Source: Antedon mediterranea (taxonomy: Eukaryota; Animalia; Echinodermata). From it: a stretch of DNA of 64,000 bases. The notes under the pieces were generated by a model. It saw nothing but the letters and a program-made list of their open reading frames with translations, was not told where the DNA came from and did no database searches. Location of the stretch: NCBI RefSeq assembly GCF_964355755.1, contig NC_092670.1:31732388-31796387 (forward strand). Direction: 5' to 3'. Both the position numbers and the translations under genes were made by a program. Shown in pieces: positions 1 to 13,302 of the stretch (within the stretch, counting starts at the first letter, position 1; each line of letters opens with the position of its first letter).

Positions 1-705
1 AAATAGGCCCTACACACATGTAGAATCACGGTTACAGTTTCGTGTAAATGATCATCGCTCAAAAGGAAAATAAAACGGTTTACATCTGTTTTAGCGAATT
101 GACGTTTGTTTAGCAAATATAATGTCCTTTAAATTATAGGAATGATTAGCTAATGGTATTGTCTAATATTTTGAATACCACTATCAGGTATAAAAAGTAC
201 TCTAATAACAACGAAGTGTAAACAGTACATTTTTATTATTAAGCCTAATACTAATTTTAGTCGTCAAAGTTTATCCATTTTAAACGAGAAAGCATCGAAA
301 AATAGCCACTGTACAAAAAACAGAAATATATTCTAGTTAGTGTGGTCGGAACTAGACCAATCACGTACGATTTAGGGTATAATTATAGATAATATCTACG
401 ATATGATAATATGTTAGATAAACAATATGATTGTTTTCCAGCCCAATTGATACTCACAAAAGAAGATCTGGGGTTGAGACGCTATTTACTACTTCCTCAT
501 CTTTACTAGAATATCTTGTTATCATAAACCAATCAGTTTGTTATGTATTGTATTTACCATTATTATATCGAACTTCAGGCTAAAATACACGACGCCGCTG
601 ACTAGATGGGGAGCCGAGTGGGGAATTCCCAATGACAAAATAATTGATGTACTTTGTTTGCATTTGGAATAACAACCGTAAATAAACAATTATAATTCAT
701 TTTAA

Positions 706-3265
706 CTAGATGGCACGCTCGCTTCGCTCGCGTACCATCTAGGGGTGCTCACAGATGGTTCTCGAATACAGTAGAATAGAATAGAGACAACAAAACCAAT
801 ACTGGATTCCATAAAGGACAATTAATGTATGTGGACTAAAGAAATTAGGGAGAAATGGAAATGTATGTACCGGGGAATTGGGCGGCACGTGGTGGTGGTG
901 ATGGAACCGCAGTAATAAAGTTGATTGTATTTATATATTATAAGAACCAAACTAAATAAATAGACCTAGACATTCTGCGAAATGGAAATCGGAAATTCAA
1001 GCTCCTATTCAGTGAAAAATTAAACTGTAGTCTACCTAAATATTTAGGGCAAATCATCGGTTGTGGTGGTTGAAATTCCTGTAAACATTTGTGTGAACCA
1101 AACTGGGTCGAATTTCTGTCATGAGTACTGATTTGTTGGCCTGTGATTTATGACGCCTAAGGGATCTATCTAGACTTATTTTTTAGAATAATGTACGTAC
1201 CTGTCAGATACAATTGTCTTGTGTCGTATAATAAATAAGTACTGTAATAGTTACTGAAGTTACTATTACAATCTCGTCAATGAAAACACGAAAATGTATA
1301 TGCACTTACTTATGAAAACGTATACAGTATTATACTCAGTTATTGAAACAGTAGGTTTAAAAAAGTTTCGTTTGTCTGTAAAATGATGTAATCAAGCTGT
1401 TTACATGAGTCTTAATTTATAAGCACATCAATAATAAAATAGTTTATCTATCCTGTAATTGGCGAGATTATGGTCGCTGTTGAATGAAATAAAGCCAATC
1501 GGTATCATATTTGTACAGAAACGTTTTCGCGGCCGAAGGGTGTAACCTAAATTCGTTGTATTATCGTCAAGAACTAACTGTAACTAAACTTACATAGAAA
1601 GTAGGGTATCATAAATTTGGCCTTAGCACTCGGGGGAGTGGCTAAGATGAAGTCCGTGGGACTACTAAATATAAATTGTAATGAACCTCGAGGGACATAA
1701 ATATGAATATTTCATGTTTCATTATCAATGTATAATAAATGGAAACTGTTTACCGATTCAAATAATATAAATTGGTTTTTAACATTTTCCGAACCTATTG
1801 CAAGTTTATTCTCAAAGGGCCCATATATTTACCTACCGTATGTGTTAAACCAAGGGCTCATAAATTTACCTACAGTACTTGTGTTAAACCAAACTCTGGC
1901 AGACTGAGAGATTGGGATGTTCCATTCATCGCAAATCAATACATTTGTATAATCGTATATTAAATCTATCAAAATAGTATTTTTTAAAGAAAATCGGCCT
2001 GTCTTCAACATTATGATGGTGTACTCTAGCTGTTCAACCGGTTTTCAGCTATTAAAAACAATTATCGTAGGAGGAGATAGAAAAATGCGAAGCCTCCTCG
2101 CATTTTTTTGGCGGGTATTTTTCAAGATGGACATCCATTAGACAGTGTATACCACGATCGGAAAACACCCCTATTTGGGGCAAATCGTTGAACCTAAATT
2201 CGTTTTAATCGTCAATAACTAATTATCTAACTCAATTTAATTAGTAAACAGGGTTACATCAGGCGGTTAAAATCAGTACCGAAAGTACGAACCAACTTTA
2301 CATACCATCGAGTGAAAATTCTAGAAGTAAGGCGCGATTTACCGAATTTTGCCCTTACGTAAATTTATTCATTTTAATACAATTATTTAAAGGTAATTTG
2401 TAATCGATAGTTAAGAAATATTAAGTATAATCGGTTAAAGTTTCAGTAGTAATTAGTAATGGCTATCTAAACCAACTCAAATACAACGTACTTTACAATG
2501 ACAATGGCAAACAAAGTGAAAGTTCCTTCAGAGGTGCAAAAACACTTGAAGTATTCATCAATACTATTCAGTTATGGGAGAAGGGGATTCAATTATAAAA
2601 TAGGTCTATGGTTAGATAATATACAGATAATGAATGTTTAGGAGTTGAAGTATAACCTTTCATCATTCACCTAATGCCATTATTTGTACCATTATACGAA
2701 TAAAACATTTATCATTTGTTTTATATAACATCTAAATAGATTCATGTCATTTTAATCAAATTGAATACAAGGTACAAGGCCTACTAATTCAATTTGAAAC
2801 AGTAAAATGTATTTGTAATATAATATTTATTTGGATTTTATAAACACACCTAAGAAGAAAGGCAGAGATAGATTACGAAACTTCGACAGGCAAGCAACTG
2901 GAATTCATCTAGGCTAATTCTGGTTTTTTTTATCGATTCCAAATCTTGTAGAAATGTTCCCATTAAATAATCAAAATATAAAAAAGATCTAAATGCTTTA
3001 TTTGGTATAAATTAGTACATATCTCTCCGTTGCGGTATGTCAACAAACTGAATATTCGCGGGGAAGTACAAAATAGGCGGTGCTGTTGTATTTCAAAAGC
3101 AATAGTTTAAAATAAATATTTTCAAAACTCGATAAGATTTTTCTTTGCGTACACGAAAAAAAAGTACTGTTGTACGATCGTTCAAAAGTGCGTACTATTG
3201 CACGCCAATTGACCAACAATCGTCCAATCAAATGACAGGAATTTAATTGGGTGTTCTATAATAAG
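706..3265 (-). mobile_element. Non-autonomous Helitron-like element
   Basis: The minus-strand 3' end is a GC-rich hairpin (CTAGATGG-TACGCGAGCGAAGCGAGCGTG-CCATCTAG, plus 706-742) ending in CTAG followed by T. The putative 5' end CTTATTATAGAACACC is near 3265. No RepHel ORF; the 5' boundary is approximate. Confidence 0.55.
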
Positions 3266-4158
3266 TAATACCTTCCTTATCTCGATGTAGTTATGTGATA
3301 AATATGTTAATAATTACTTGATATAATGTAGAATTAAATATTTAAGATAAACCGATTATTTTTGAATCAAATTAGGTTGATGTTTTACAACATTTCTAGA
3401 GGTAATACCTCGGATATATACAATTTAGACATACACATATATACAGTTACAATGTATCATATACCAATAACTTTAAAATCCCATATTTATGAAAATTTGT
3501 ATAACATAAATAATGTTTTTTTAATTTGTATATACCTATTTACTTAACCATTAAGGGTTCAATATTTAGTAATTTTACTAGTAATAATAGTATTTCACAA
3601 AGGTTTTACAGATAACATTCTTGTTTACTGTAATTCCAACAACCATCTAGTGAGTATTTAGTTTATACAATTTACGTGTTCTATACATTCACAAACTCAA
3701 AGATTAAAATCACCCATGATTTCTCGAGGTTTCAGATAGTTAAACTTCACAGAGCCTGTGTTCCAGTTGACGTTGAGTTGCGTTGAATTTACATAACGAT
3801 GAAGATGGTAGACTTAATCGGACCGCTAATAGTTATACATTTTAAAGCTATCGTTTATGGTTTTCTTAGTTCTCTCAAACCTCAAACGTTGCTGGGAGAC
3901 ACTCAGCGTTAAAAATGAACTAATAAAAACATAAAAAATACGTGACTTAATTTAATTTGATTTTGTTAAAATATATATTTTATATATAAGTTTTATAAAA
4001 AAAAAGAGACAGCAGAGTAGAAACTTTAAAATTAACAGTAACATAAAAAACAACTGGTAAGTTTTAATATTTTATTCCTACTACTATGTTTAATTTCAGA
4101 TACCCGTTATTTATAATTAATTTTTGTAAAGTGTATAAAATAGAAAAAGGCCTACATT

Positions 4159-4262
4159 TTACCAATCCGCGTCTTCATCCGAGTCTGCATTATTAATTTG
4201 AAGGATTCTTACGGGTTCTTCGTGGCGATAACATTCATTTTTAACTTTCTTCACAAAATCAA
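4159..4262 (-). CDS. Putative terminal exon of the LRR-TM gene (acidic cytoplasmic tail VDFVKKVKNECYRHEEPVRILQINNADSDEDADW*)
   Basis: The ttttag acceptor at 4263-4265 matches the phase-1 donor at 7160 (G|gtaaga). Open to TAA at 4159-4161. Confidence 0.5.
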
Positions 4263-4536
4263 CTAAAATTAAGAAATGTATTAGTTGATAAACAGTACTC
4301 AATTTGATTGATTTTTGATGCAATATTAACTACCGCTTTTCAATATACAATTGATTATCAAGCAAAAGTTTGGATTTTAATCTGTATGTACACGCATAAC
4401 ATTTTTCAATGTGTAAATGTAAAATTAAAATACTAACGAGCATCTAAACAACAATGAAACTTAATCTTTAGATTAGTGCAAGTTTTACAAAATGTCTGCC
4501 TGTCAACTTATAAAATTGATAATCAATATCGTAAAG

Positions 4537-6910
4537 CAGGGCCGTAGCCAGGATCTGTCAAGGGGGGTTCGGACACTAAGTATTTGGGTCACTGTCCCAC
4601 TGTCACTGTGTTTCCCTTGTGGCCCGGGCAACAGCCTTAATTTCATACTAAATGTTGTTTCTGCCACTAAATTGAAATTGAGTTCCATTTCATCGTATAC
4701 CATCCGGACACGTAACTTGATAGGCTTAGTCATAAAGTAGTTACAGAGTTGCAGGGCATTTTATCATTGTTGAATGTTTTGATATTAGCCTAATTGTTAA
4801 AACGACCTTCACAACCAAAATATTTCTTTGTAATAAAATCTATTTTAAATGGAACGCTACAAAAATAATCCTCTGCTTTATCAGAGCATGCATACCTAAT
4901 AACCAGACAAGAACGTGTCTTTATTACATTTTACTATCAATCTATTTTCAAGTCACGCAATCCATTTTTCAACAATATAGTAGTATAATAACATTTTGAT
5001 TGAATAGTGAGGGATTAGGTACAGTTTGACTTTGAATAAACAATTGGTAATTTACTGAAAATCCAAAATGAACTTGTGTTATAATACAAAAAAAATTATT
5101 CAATCAAAGAAACGCTCTACTACACATGAGAAATAGATGTCGGTCGATAAACTTCTGACGACGAATAAAACAACGACAATCAGCTAAATGTTAGTAATTT
5201 TATTTCATCTCTGGCTTGTTACATTTTTCATGACACATTACCGGACTTCCCCCTCCTCTCGCAATGAACGACAGTACAGATCCTCCCTATCTAGGCTCGT
5301 GTATGTAGAATACTACTACGTTATTCACAAATTACACACGCATAGCAGTGTTACTAGAACCATCACAGATTACCTCTAATGGATCAATCATTCACACATG
5401 ATTTAAAAAATTCATCGACAAACGAAATATAGCCTATATTCATTCCTTTTAAATATTAGGCATATTGCCAAGGCTAATAATCGATTTGTCCATAATTATT
5501 GCGTTTTGCCGGGGGTTTTCCATAATCTAAGGCCAATTTTTAGGCCAAATCATAATTGTGCGTATAGTGTTGTATTTCCGATGCGTGTAGTACCCTATTT
5601 ATCTTCATTTCCGTACGTTCGTCGTAAATAGGCCGAATTTCCGTAGTAATTTATAGACGTTCCAAAATTTGAACCGTGTTATACCGGTAACAGAGCAAAG
5701 TTTGCTTCTTTCTGCAAATTTCCTATCATTATTTTCTTTGTTTTATTTGGAGTGTGGTTTAAAACAACACTTTTGTAAAGTTTATAGTGGATAAATGAAA
5801 ATGAATTTTTGGAAAATGTGGTTTTAACATCTGACTTTATTTAGCATTTTTAATTGAATTAAAATTCCAAATTATACAATTTAACCTTTTGCTCAATATA
5901 TTTATAGCAACTGCTTCATATTTTTTGTACAACTTTTTAAAATTATTAATTGATAATTAATTTACATTAATTGAGTACAGTTATTAGAATGTATTACCGT
6001 ACCAAAAGTACCTTAATCGGAGACTTCCCCGCGACGTTTGCATTGAACGAAAAAAAATTATCATAAATTTACGTGCGAGAGTACTATTTGCGGCCATTTA
6101 GGGGGGTGTCATTTAACAATTTGCTTGCTCAAATACTCAGTGTCTACAGCCCTGGAGTCTTTGGGCAACCCTCTTCTTAAAATAGTCCTGCGACCGCCCC
6201 TGATAGCTCTATCTATATTTATTTACAGCAATTTGTTGAGGAAACTAAATATATCAATGTAAATAGGTGGTATTGATACAGTTGAGTAGGCCTACGTATC
6301 GGCTGGTGGTCTAGACAAAAATAATCGAATGCCATAGGCCTAATGTAAACTACAGTACATGATACCATAGATATTATAGTGTAATATATTAAATTCACTA
6401 TAATCCTCTATGATGATGATACACTATACTTCATAGCCACACATAAATATTGTAGGTAACCGCAGCGTTCCATTTTTTGATGTACGTCGGAAGGCTATAT
6501 ACTTTATGCATGCTGACTGCCAGTGATCGAAACAATAGGTACGCGGTTGTCTAGCGGTGTTCTTTGTACGATTCGTTCGTGGCCAAGCTCGCGTCAATAT
6601 CATGTTACATCCTGGGACCAAAAATTCGTATTATTTTTCAGGTGAAAATCGGCAACCAATTCATTTGTTTAACAATAAGGTATGATTTATTCACGAACGA
6701 GTTTACAAATTTTTCAATTTACAAACAACCTTTTGTATTGTGGGGCACGTATTTGGAGGATTTTCAGAGATGAGGGTGTGGTGAGGTATTGTGGATGTCG
6801 GGGATAGGGGTTCGCAGTCGGTTAAGGGGGGGGGGAGGGGGGGGGGGGGGGGGGTCGCTGTAAAGGGGGGTTCGCCCGAACCATAAAAACCCCCCCTGGC
6901 TACGGGCCTG
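4537..6910. mobile_element. Non-autonomous hAT-like DNA transposon with 5-bp TSD (hAT5-like)
   Basis: TIRs CAGGGCCGTAGCCAGG / CCTGGCTACGGGCCTG (1 mismatch in 16), flanked by TAAAG on both sides (4532-4536, 6911-6915). No transposase ORF. Confidence 0.7.
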
Positions 6911-7160
6911 TAAAGATGTGAATAGACAAGTAAAATGTAATGATTGTAATCACCACGGAATCTGTGACACAGTTAGAATTGTACTCGAAAAAGAACCTAC
7001 ACTTTAAATTAAAACCATCAAAGTTATCTAAAACTCTTAGTGAAGGCGTTTTGTGTGTATATTATTTTTGGGGGTTATTGTGATTTCAATGCATCTCTCT
7101 ATTTATGGAGATTATTTTGAATAAATTGAAATAGAAATATTATTATATAATATATCTTAC

Positions 7161-8580
7161 CGATTACGACAAACATGATCGACACATTCAGCATAAGTAG
7201 AATGATTGGAGTAATCTTGTGAAGTAATTCGATGACATCATCTCTATTGCCAGTCTGGTCCAAGTTTACAATCGCTCCAATAGATAAGTTTACAACTATG
7301 AAGGTAAGTGTCAATTTTTGGAATCTCTGTTCAGATTTCTCCTTCATTGGTTCAAGGTATAAATGTAATACAATAGAAATTACCGTAAAAAAACAGAGAG
7401 TAAGACAGGCTTGAAGACACGTCGTCTCTCAAGTTTGCAATTAATGCCAACAGAGCCTTGTTGTACAGCTCAAATGATTCCCAAAACCAAAATGTACACC
7501 CATCATCCATCCGTTTTCCTGGGGTTCGTTATGCTGATAACAACGTACATGTATACAGTATAGAATACAAACTGTGGCCACTGGAAAGCCAATGATATAT
7601 GTTAAAGCAACGTAAACAAATGTTTTGTTAATTTGATACGTATATCAATCATTTTCATCCAGGTCAATTGAATAGTCTGAGGTTAGTATTTTTTTACTGA
7701 CATTACCATCTTCTGTTACATAATATGAACGGATTGACCATGGCCCAACCGCCATGATGCCAGCACATGTGTTTGCATACGTAAGGTAAAGAAGCAACAT
7801 TGATAAAATGATACATTTTTCACGTACGCGGCTCTCAGTTACTATTCCATGATACTTATTCCAGATGTATAAACTAACATAAACGATTGACATGGTTGTC
7901 ACTATAACAAGTGGCGTAACCATTGCAATATGAAGCGAGGAATATGCGTTCCATCCAAGTTTCGTGTAAACATCTTGAACTTAACATATTTATGTATTTT
8001 ATGACGTCAAAATATTGAATTATTTGGCCGGCATACTCTAAATTTTTAGGCCAATGAATTTCCGTTACTTCTGATAGAATTCCTAAGACCTGATACAAAT
8101 TAATAGCAATTTTCAAATACGTCAGAAATGAATCTACCTTGATGTGTCGGTTTTCCGTGTGTCTTTGCTGCATCCTCCATAAAAAGAAAAGCACTCCAAC
8201 TATTGCCAAGGCAACACTAACCGATATAATTACAGTTACAGCGGGCTCATGACATTTATAACATTCGTTAAATAGCTCATAATGTCCATTAGAACATGCC
8301 GTACAAAGCCAACCAGTGTATCCTTCTGCACAGGTGTCGTTCAATTTTCTTCCAATATTACAACTTTTGTTTCCTAATGGACACAAAGGTCTGTTACCAA
8401 AAGTATATCGGTGTCACCGATATACTTTTGGTAACAGACCTTTGTATACAGCATCTTTCAGTTGATTTGGGTTGGTAATAGGAAACGTGTCGTTTTTTAA
8501 TTTAGTTACAAATGCCGTGTAAGCCAATAAACAATTGTTTTTATTTTGTTCTTCGACTACACTACAGTCACCATTAAATT
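7161..8580 (-). pseudogene. Cys-rich + multi-TM exon of the LRR gene, broken across ORFs 7874-8386, 7645-7923 and 7099-7347
   Basis: CPLGNKSC..CAEGYTGWLCTACSNGHYELFNECYKC is followed by TM helices with LKIAINLYQVL..IHWP, LLYLTYANTC, LTSDYSID, IIGFP, FWFWESFELYNKALLALI and LHLYLEPM. Frameshifts near 7950 and 7640; premature TGA at 8414-8416. Confidence 0.8.
8383..8445. repeat. Perfect palindrome, 31-bp arms with 1-nt loop (inverted duplication inside an exon)
   Basis: ACAAAGGTCTGTTACCAAAAGTATATCGGTG-T-CACCGATATACTTTTGGTAACAGACCTTTGT. Confidence 0.95.
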
Positions 8581-8600
8581 ATATAATGTTAAACAATAAA

Positions 8601-10197
8601 CTAGACATGTAACTCGTCACTTTGACGAGTTTGGTTATCCGCCGCGCAAGTGGTGCAACATTAACATTAAGGGGATAGGTTGAGGACAAAAGGAAGTGTT
8701 CACGTTGGCATTATGACCTGAACTGAAGAATATGATCTGTTGTTATTGCTGAATTTTATTATTTAAATTCATATACAGTATACACAGTATAATCTGTATC
8801 CATATCACATACAGTGTAGAATAGGTGAAATTACGGGACCCGCTATTTATTGCAATTTTTAACATGTTGACGGTTTTAAAATGAAACGCGAAGGTAGCAA
8901 TTCCGAAAGGAAATTATCTCAGCAACAACGTATTAGCGTGTAGAAGAAATTTGAATACGTTAAATATTGATGCGCGCTCTTTTAAATGTAATGAATTATG
9001 ACGCAAAAGATGAAAATACGACCTTTTTTATTTAACTGGCCATATGATGACGTCACAACATCCGATTGGCAACATTTTTACATAATTTCATATCTGCAAT
9101 CCAATAGCTTCCAGAAAAAGTTGTAATCGTGATTATCACATTTTATTCTTACGAGCTATAACAGATTAAAATTTACTGTAAAGATGAAATTGATGCCATA
9201 CGTGATTTAAATTTTTAGGCATGATGACGTCAAAAAAATTAAAATATTTTTAACTCATGCGAAAGATAGTTGATTGATCTAGACAATATCAAAATCGGGA
9301 TGAAAATGGAAAACGGATAAGTGGAGATGCGCTCTATTCAATGTGATGAGCTATGACGAAAGATACAAAAATCCTAAATTTTATATTCGCGTGGCCATAC
9401 GATGACGTCACAATGTCCGGTTAGCCATATTAATACCTGATCCGATATCTACAACTCATCTACTTCCAGAATATGTCATCCACAAAAATTTGACCGTCTA
9501 GTTTAGAAATTACGACTGTTTAAAAAAAGGCATATTTTAAACGAATTTTTTAACCTTTTCATAAAAAACGCGCGCAAATTGTCCAATTCGACGTGCTCGT
9601 ATGACGTATCTTTAAGTCGAAATTGTTAAAAATTTGGTAAAATTACATGAAAAGGCTGGAAAAACATAAATCACGCGAAAAAAATACGTTTTCAATGCTA
9701 CGTGCGCACCGCACACGTAAAAAGGTGCGCACGCGTGGGAATTTTTGACATGCTTAAAACGACATGAAACGCGTAGAAAGTTGATTATAAATTAATTTCG
9801 CGCATTTTGAAATTTTAAATGCGCGTGCGCGCGTAACTTTGTGTAAAACACGCAATTTTTTTTCAACAGAAAGTTAGCGCATGATATAAATTAAACTTTT
9901 GCAAAGTTTCAAGTTGAAATGTTATTTGGTTTTCGACATATGTTAAATACGAGAAAATCGTTAAATCGCGCGTACGTCACGTTGCGCAATTGTAAACATC
10001 ATGAAAAGCTTCGCTTGACGACGTTACATAAATGTCAAAATGTTAACATAGTTAACAAAATGTTATGTTTGCAAGTTTCAGAGAAAAGCGTTACACAAAA
10101 ATCATACAGAAAGAAAGAAGAAGAATAAAAAGATGATGATGATGATGATTTCGTACAATCACAAGAGGTTATCCTGCAACTTCGTTGCGGATAACCA
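8601..10197 (-). mobile_element. Helentron-associated non-autonomous element (HINE/DINE-1-like)
   Basis: One end has AACTAG + hairpin AACTCGTCA-CTT-TGACGAGTT + subTIR GGTTATCCGC. The other end has a (GAA)n/(GAT)n microsatellite and a palindromic subTIR GGTTATCCtGCAAC-TTC-GTTGCGGATAACC. The interior resembles the 61-64 kb elements. Confidence 0.75.
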
Positions 10198-12372
10198 ACA
10201 AGAAAGAACACCTTGGTATCAAATGAATGCAAATGAAATATAATTAAATTACCAGAATATTCATTTTTGTTTATAAACATAATAAAATTATGCACATTTT
10301 CCAAGAAATTAGCTTAATAAAATAAACATTTTATTTCAATACAAGTTTGGTATCAGTATATTACATAGGCTTTTATTTGATACCATACAGGTTGTCTATT
10401 GACTTAAGGAAATTTAACCAGAAAATGTATCTTATATTTTTGTGGTCAAATGTCAGTAAGAGCATTTCAGATGGTTTTCCGTAATTGCTGTGTTGAACCA
10501 AATGTAAATATTTATTTCAATTTGACACCAAAATTAATTCTTTATGACAAGTGGTTGTCAATATAAGAACAAAACCGTTTAATCTTTTGGACATGTTCGT
10601 CCCAGATAGTAATTTCGAACACATGCACATTGTTCCTAAGGGTCCTATCCTATAAATTATGAAGAAGAAGAAAATACATTGAATTTGAATTCATTTAATT
10701 TTATTTAGGCATTTCTTTTTATACTCACAACATCTCAAGTGATGACATATTAGTAAAGATATCTTTTGAGATGTGCTGAATATTATTTTTGTCCAACACT
10801 AAATTCTCAACAGAAGGTATCCGGGCATTTTCTAATGATGTCAGGTTGTTCCAGCTTAAATCTCTAAATATATAAAATCAAAAACATGCTATATTTTATA
10901 AATTATGTATGCTAAACATTGTCCAAGAAGAAATTAAAACATAAAAAACCTAAACATTGTGTTTATTTTATAAGCTGAAAATATATAAAAATAACAACAA
11001 CAAAAACAAAATACCGGGTGCTGTATTATGATAATTAACAAAATAAACGACCTTCATGGTTGAGTTTTTAATGCAACAGTTATGGAGTTACAATTTAGTC
11101 AGATATTTAAGAATGATTAATCTATTTTTATATTAGGTTAATTTGATATCTATATCAATGTATAGCCAGTCGTTTAAACTCGACTTAAAGCCCGACTTCA
11201 TTAAGTCGAGCTGCAAACTCCAACAAATGTCATATAAAGTCGAAGTTCGAACTTTTAGAACACGAGCGCAAGCTGTACGTACGTGTTTTTAGTTAGAATG
11301 TTTGTATGTGTTGGGATAATGAGATAACTAAATATGTACTCACAGTATATAATGTAGGCGTAATTTACCAAAGGTCGGTAGTTTTGTAAGTTTGTTGTGA
11401 GAAAGCCACCTGAAGTTAAAGTATTGATTTAAGAGTAATAATTTGATAGCATAATTTACAATCATAATCGTTATTTTTCTAATATAAAAGCTCAGGTTCC
11501 ACTATTATTTTTCATCTGCCTGTTTTCATTCACCTTTTTTTTCTAGCTTAATTTTAACTTTCCCCTTGTGTATAAAAAAAGCGAAAATAAATGACTGAAG
11601 AGATTTTACTGAATGTTCTATTTAAGGAATCTGACACAATGTCTTTACATCAACAGTCAATCAGATGGGCAGAAATTAGGCTAGGTATGGATCAACCTCA
11701 GACTATCGTAGCATAAGCCTATAGATATGCTATTAAATTCACTATACCATATCTATGAATATAGATACTTTAAACAACTTTAATTTGCAGTTGAATGGAA
11801 TACAAACATTGTACTATATACAGTGTTAGTTAACAGTTTATAATTAATTTAATTAATTAAGCACCAATACACTAATTGAGATGATCCAGAATTTAAAAAC
11901 ATATTTTGTATTTGTTATTGTTAATCCCATTGGTGCTAATCACCACAGCAGGACAATTAGTAATTACCATTCTTGATTTTGGTGACCAAATACACTTGAT
12001 TTAGTTACAACAAGTTACAATATCAAAAGTCTGAATATACAGGAAAAATGGTAAAACTAACATCTATATATAAATTATGGTTAATTCTGACATAGGCGAG
12101 CACAATAGAACAACTTCTAGACAAATCTCTGCATTGAATACCTACCTGATCTACCTCATATGTCTGCGAAATGTAAATTTGATAACATTAGTTTTCACTA
12201 TTTCGATATTGTCCCATATTTCTATCTTAGAAAGATATTATAAAGAGTTTTACAACACCGGTAGATTTTCCATTCAATGGCAATTGTACGCCGTCAAAGT
12301 AATTTCCGGGTTCACGATGAGTTCACGAGTTCACCTTGCAACTAACTAAGTTGGCCGTTAGTGGCTATAGCC

Positions 12373-12689
12373 ATTTTAGTTTTTTGTCTATTTTCGGATC
12401 GGACCGCGCGTGTGAAGGTACAGTAGTAAAGAAATAAAAATTATACTGCAAATAAATAAAGATCTAATTAAATATACGCCATAAAGCATCGGAGTATATT
12501 GTGGGGAATATTATTATAAAATTACAAGACATTTAGTTTTTTGTCTATTTTCGGATCGGACCGCACGTGTGAAGATACAGTAGTAAAGAAATAAAAATTA
12601 TACTGCAAATAAATAAAGATCAAATTAAATATACGCCATAAAGCATCGGGGTATATTGTGAGGAATATTATTATAAAATTACAAGACAT
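12373..12689. repeat. Tandem duplication, 2 x ~157 bp
   Basis: TTTAGTTTTTTGTCTATTTTCGGATCGGACCGC...AAAATTACAAGACATTT is repeated with few substitutions. Confidence 0.9.
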
Positions 12690-13302
12690 TTTGTTTAAAA
12701 TTGAGTGAAATCCCGATAGCCGAGATTTATTGAGTAAGCTGGCAGGAATAACTGTAGGCTATCTGTGTCCCGTTAGGACCGGGATCTCTGCCCGAAACGG
12801 CCCACTTTGTCGCGAAAGTTAGTTTCAAAAGATGTTTAAATTAAATAATGTATTAATTATTAGGATGGTATTTATTTGAATAAACGCCTCCCCAATAAAA
12901 CATCCCTTTGAATAATAAACGCCCATCCACATTTATACACACAATATTGTATTATTTTCAATAATGGTAATCGACAGAAAACGTACAATTACAAGGAGAA
13001 CGTCCTTCTAAAACCTTTTTACCCGAGTCATTATCATTCCAAGAACCATCGTCTACACTTCCTAAAGGGAACCCTCTAGTTATACATAATTGATTTTTAT
13101 CGAAAAAAGAAGTATAATGGAATATTTACACGAGTGTATATAGAATTGAACATTGCTATTGGTTGATAATAGTGTACATTTTCTGGACAATTCCCTAAAT
13201 TTTCTATTTAAAAGAAGGTCATTTTCCTGTCATCCTATCAATAAATACAAGTCACTTTGGAAGATGAAACAAAAATGATAGTGGGATTGGAGTTTAACTT
13301 AA

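Noticed and set aside
6826-6854. G run as a regulatory G-quadruplex
   Set aside because: It is a subterminal homopolymer of the hAT-like element, and its length is unreliable in assemblies.
12146-12230. Additional LRR-gene exon (IEIWDNIEIVKTNVIKF)
   Set aside because: Weak LRR match and ambiguous splice sites; cannot be supported without transcripts or paralogs.
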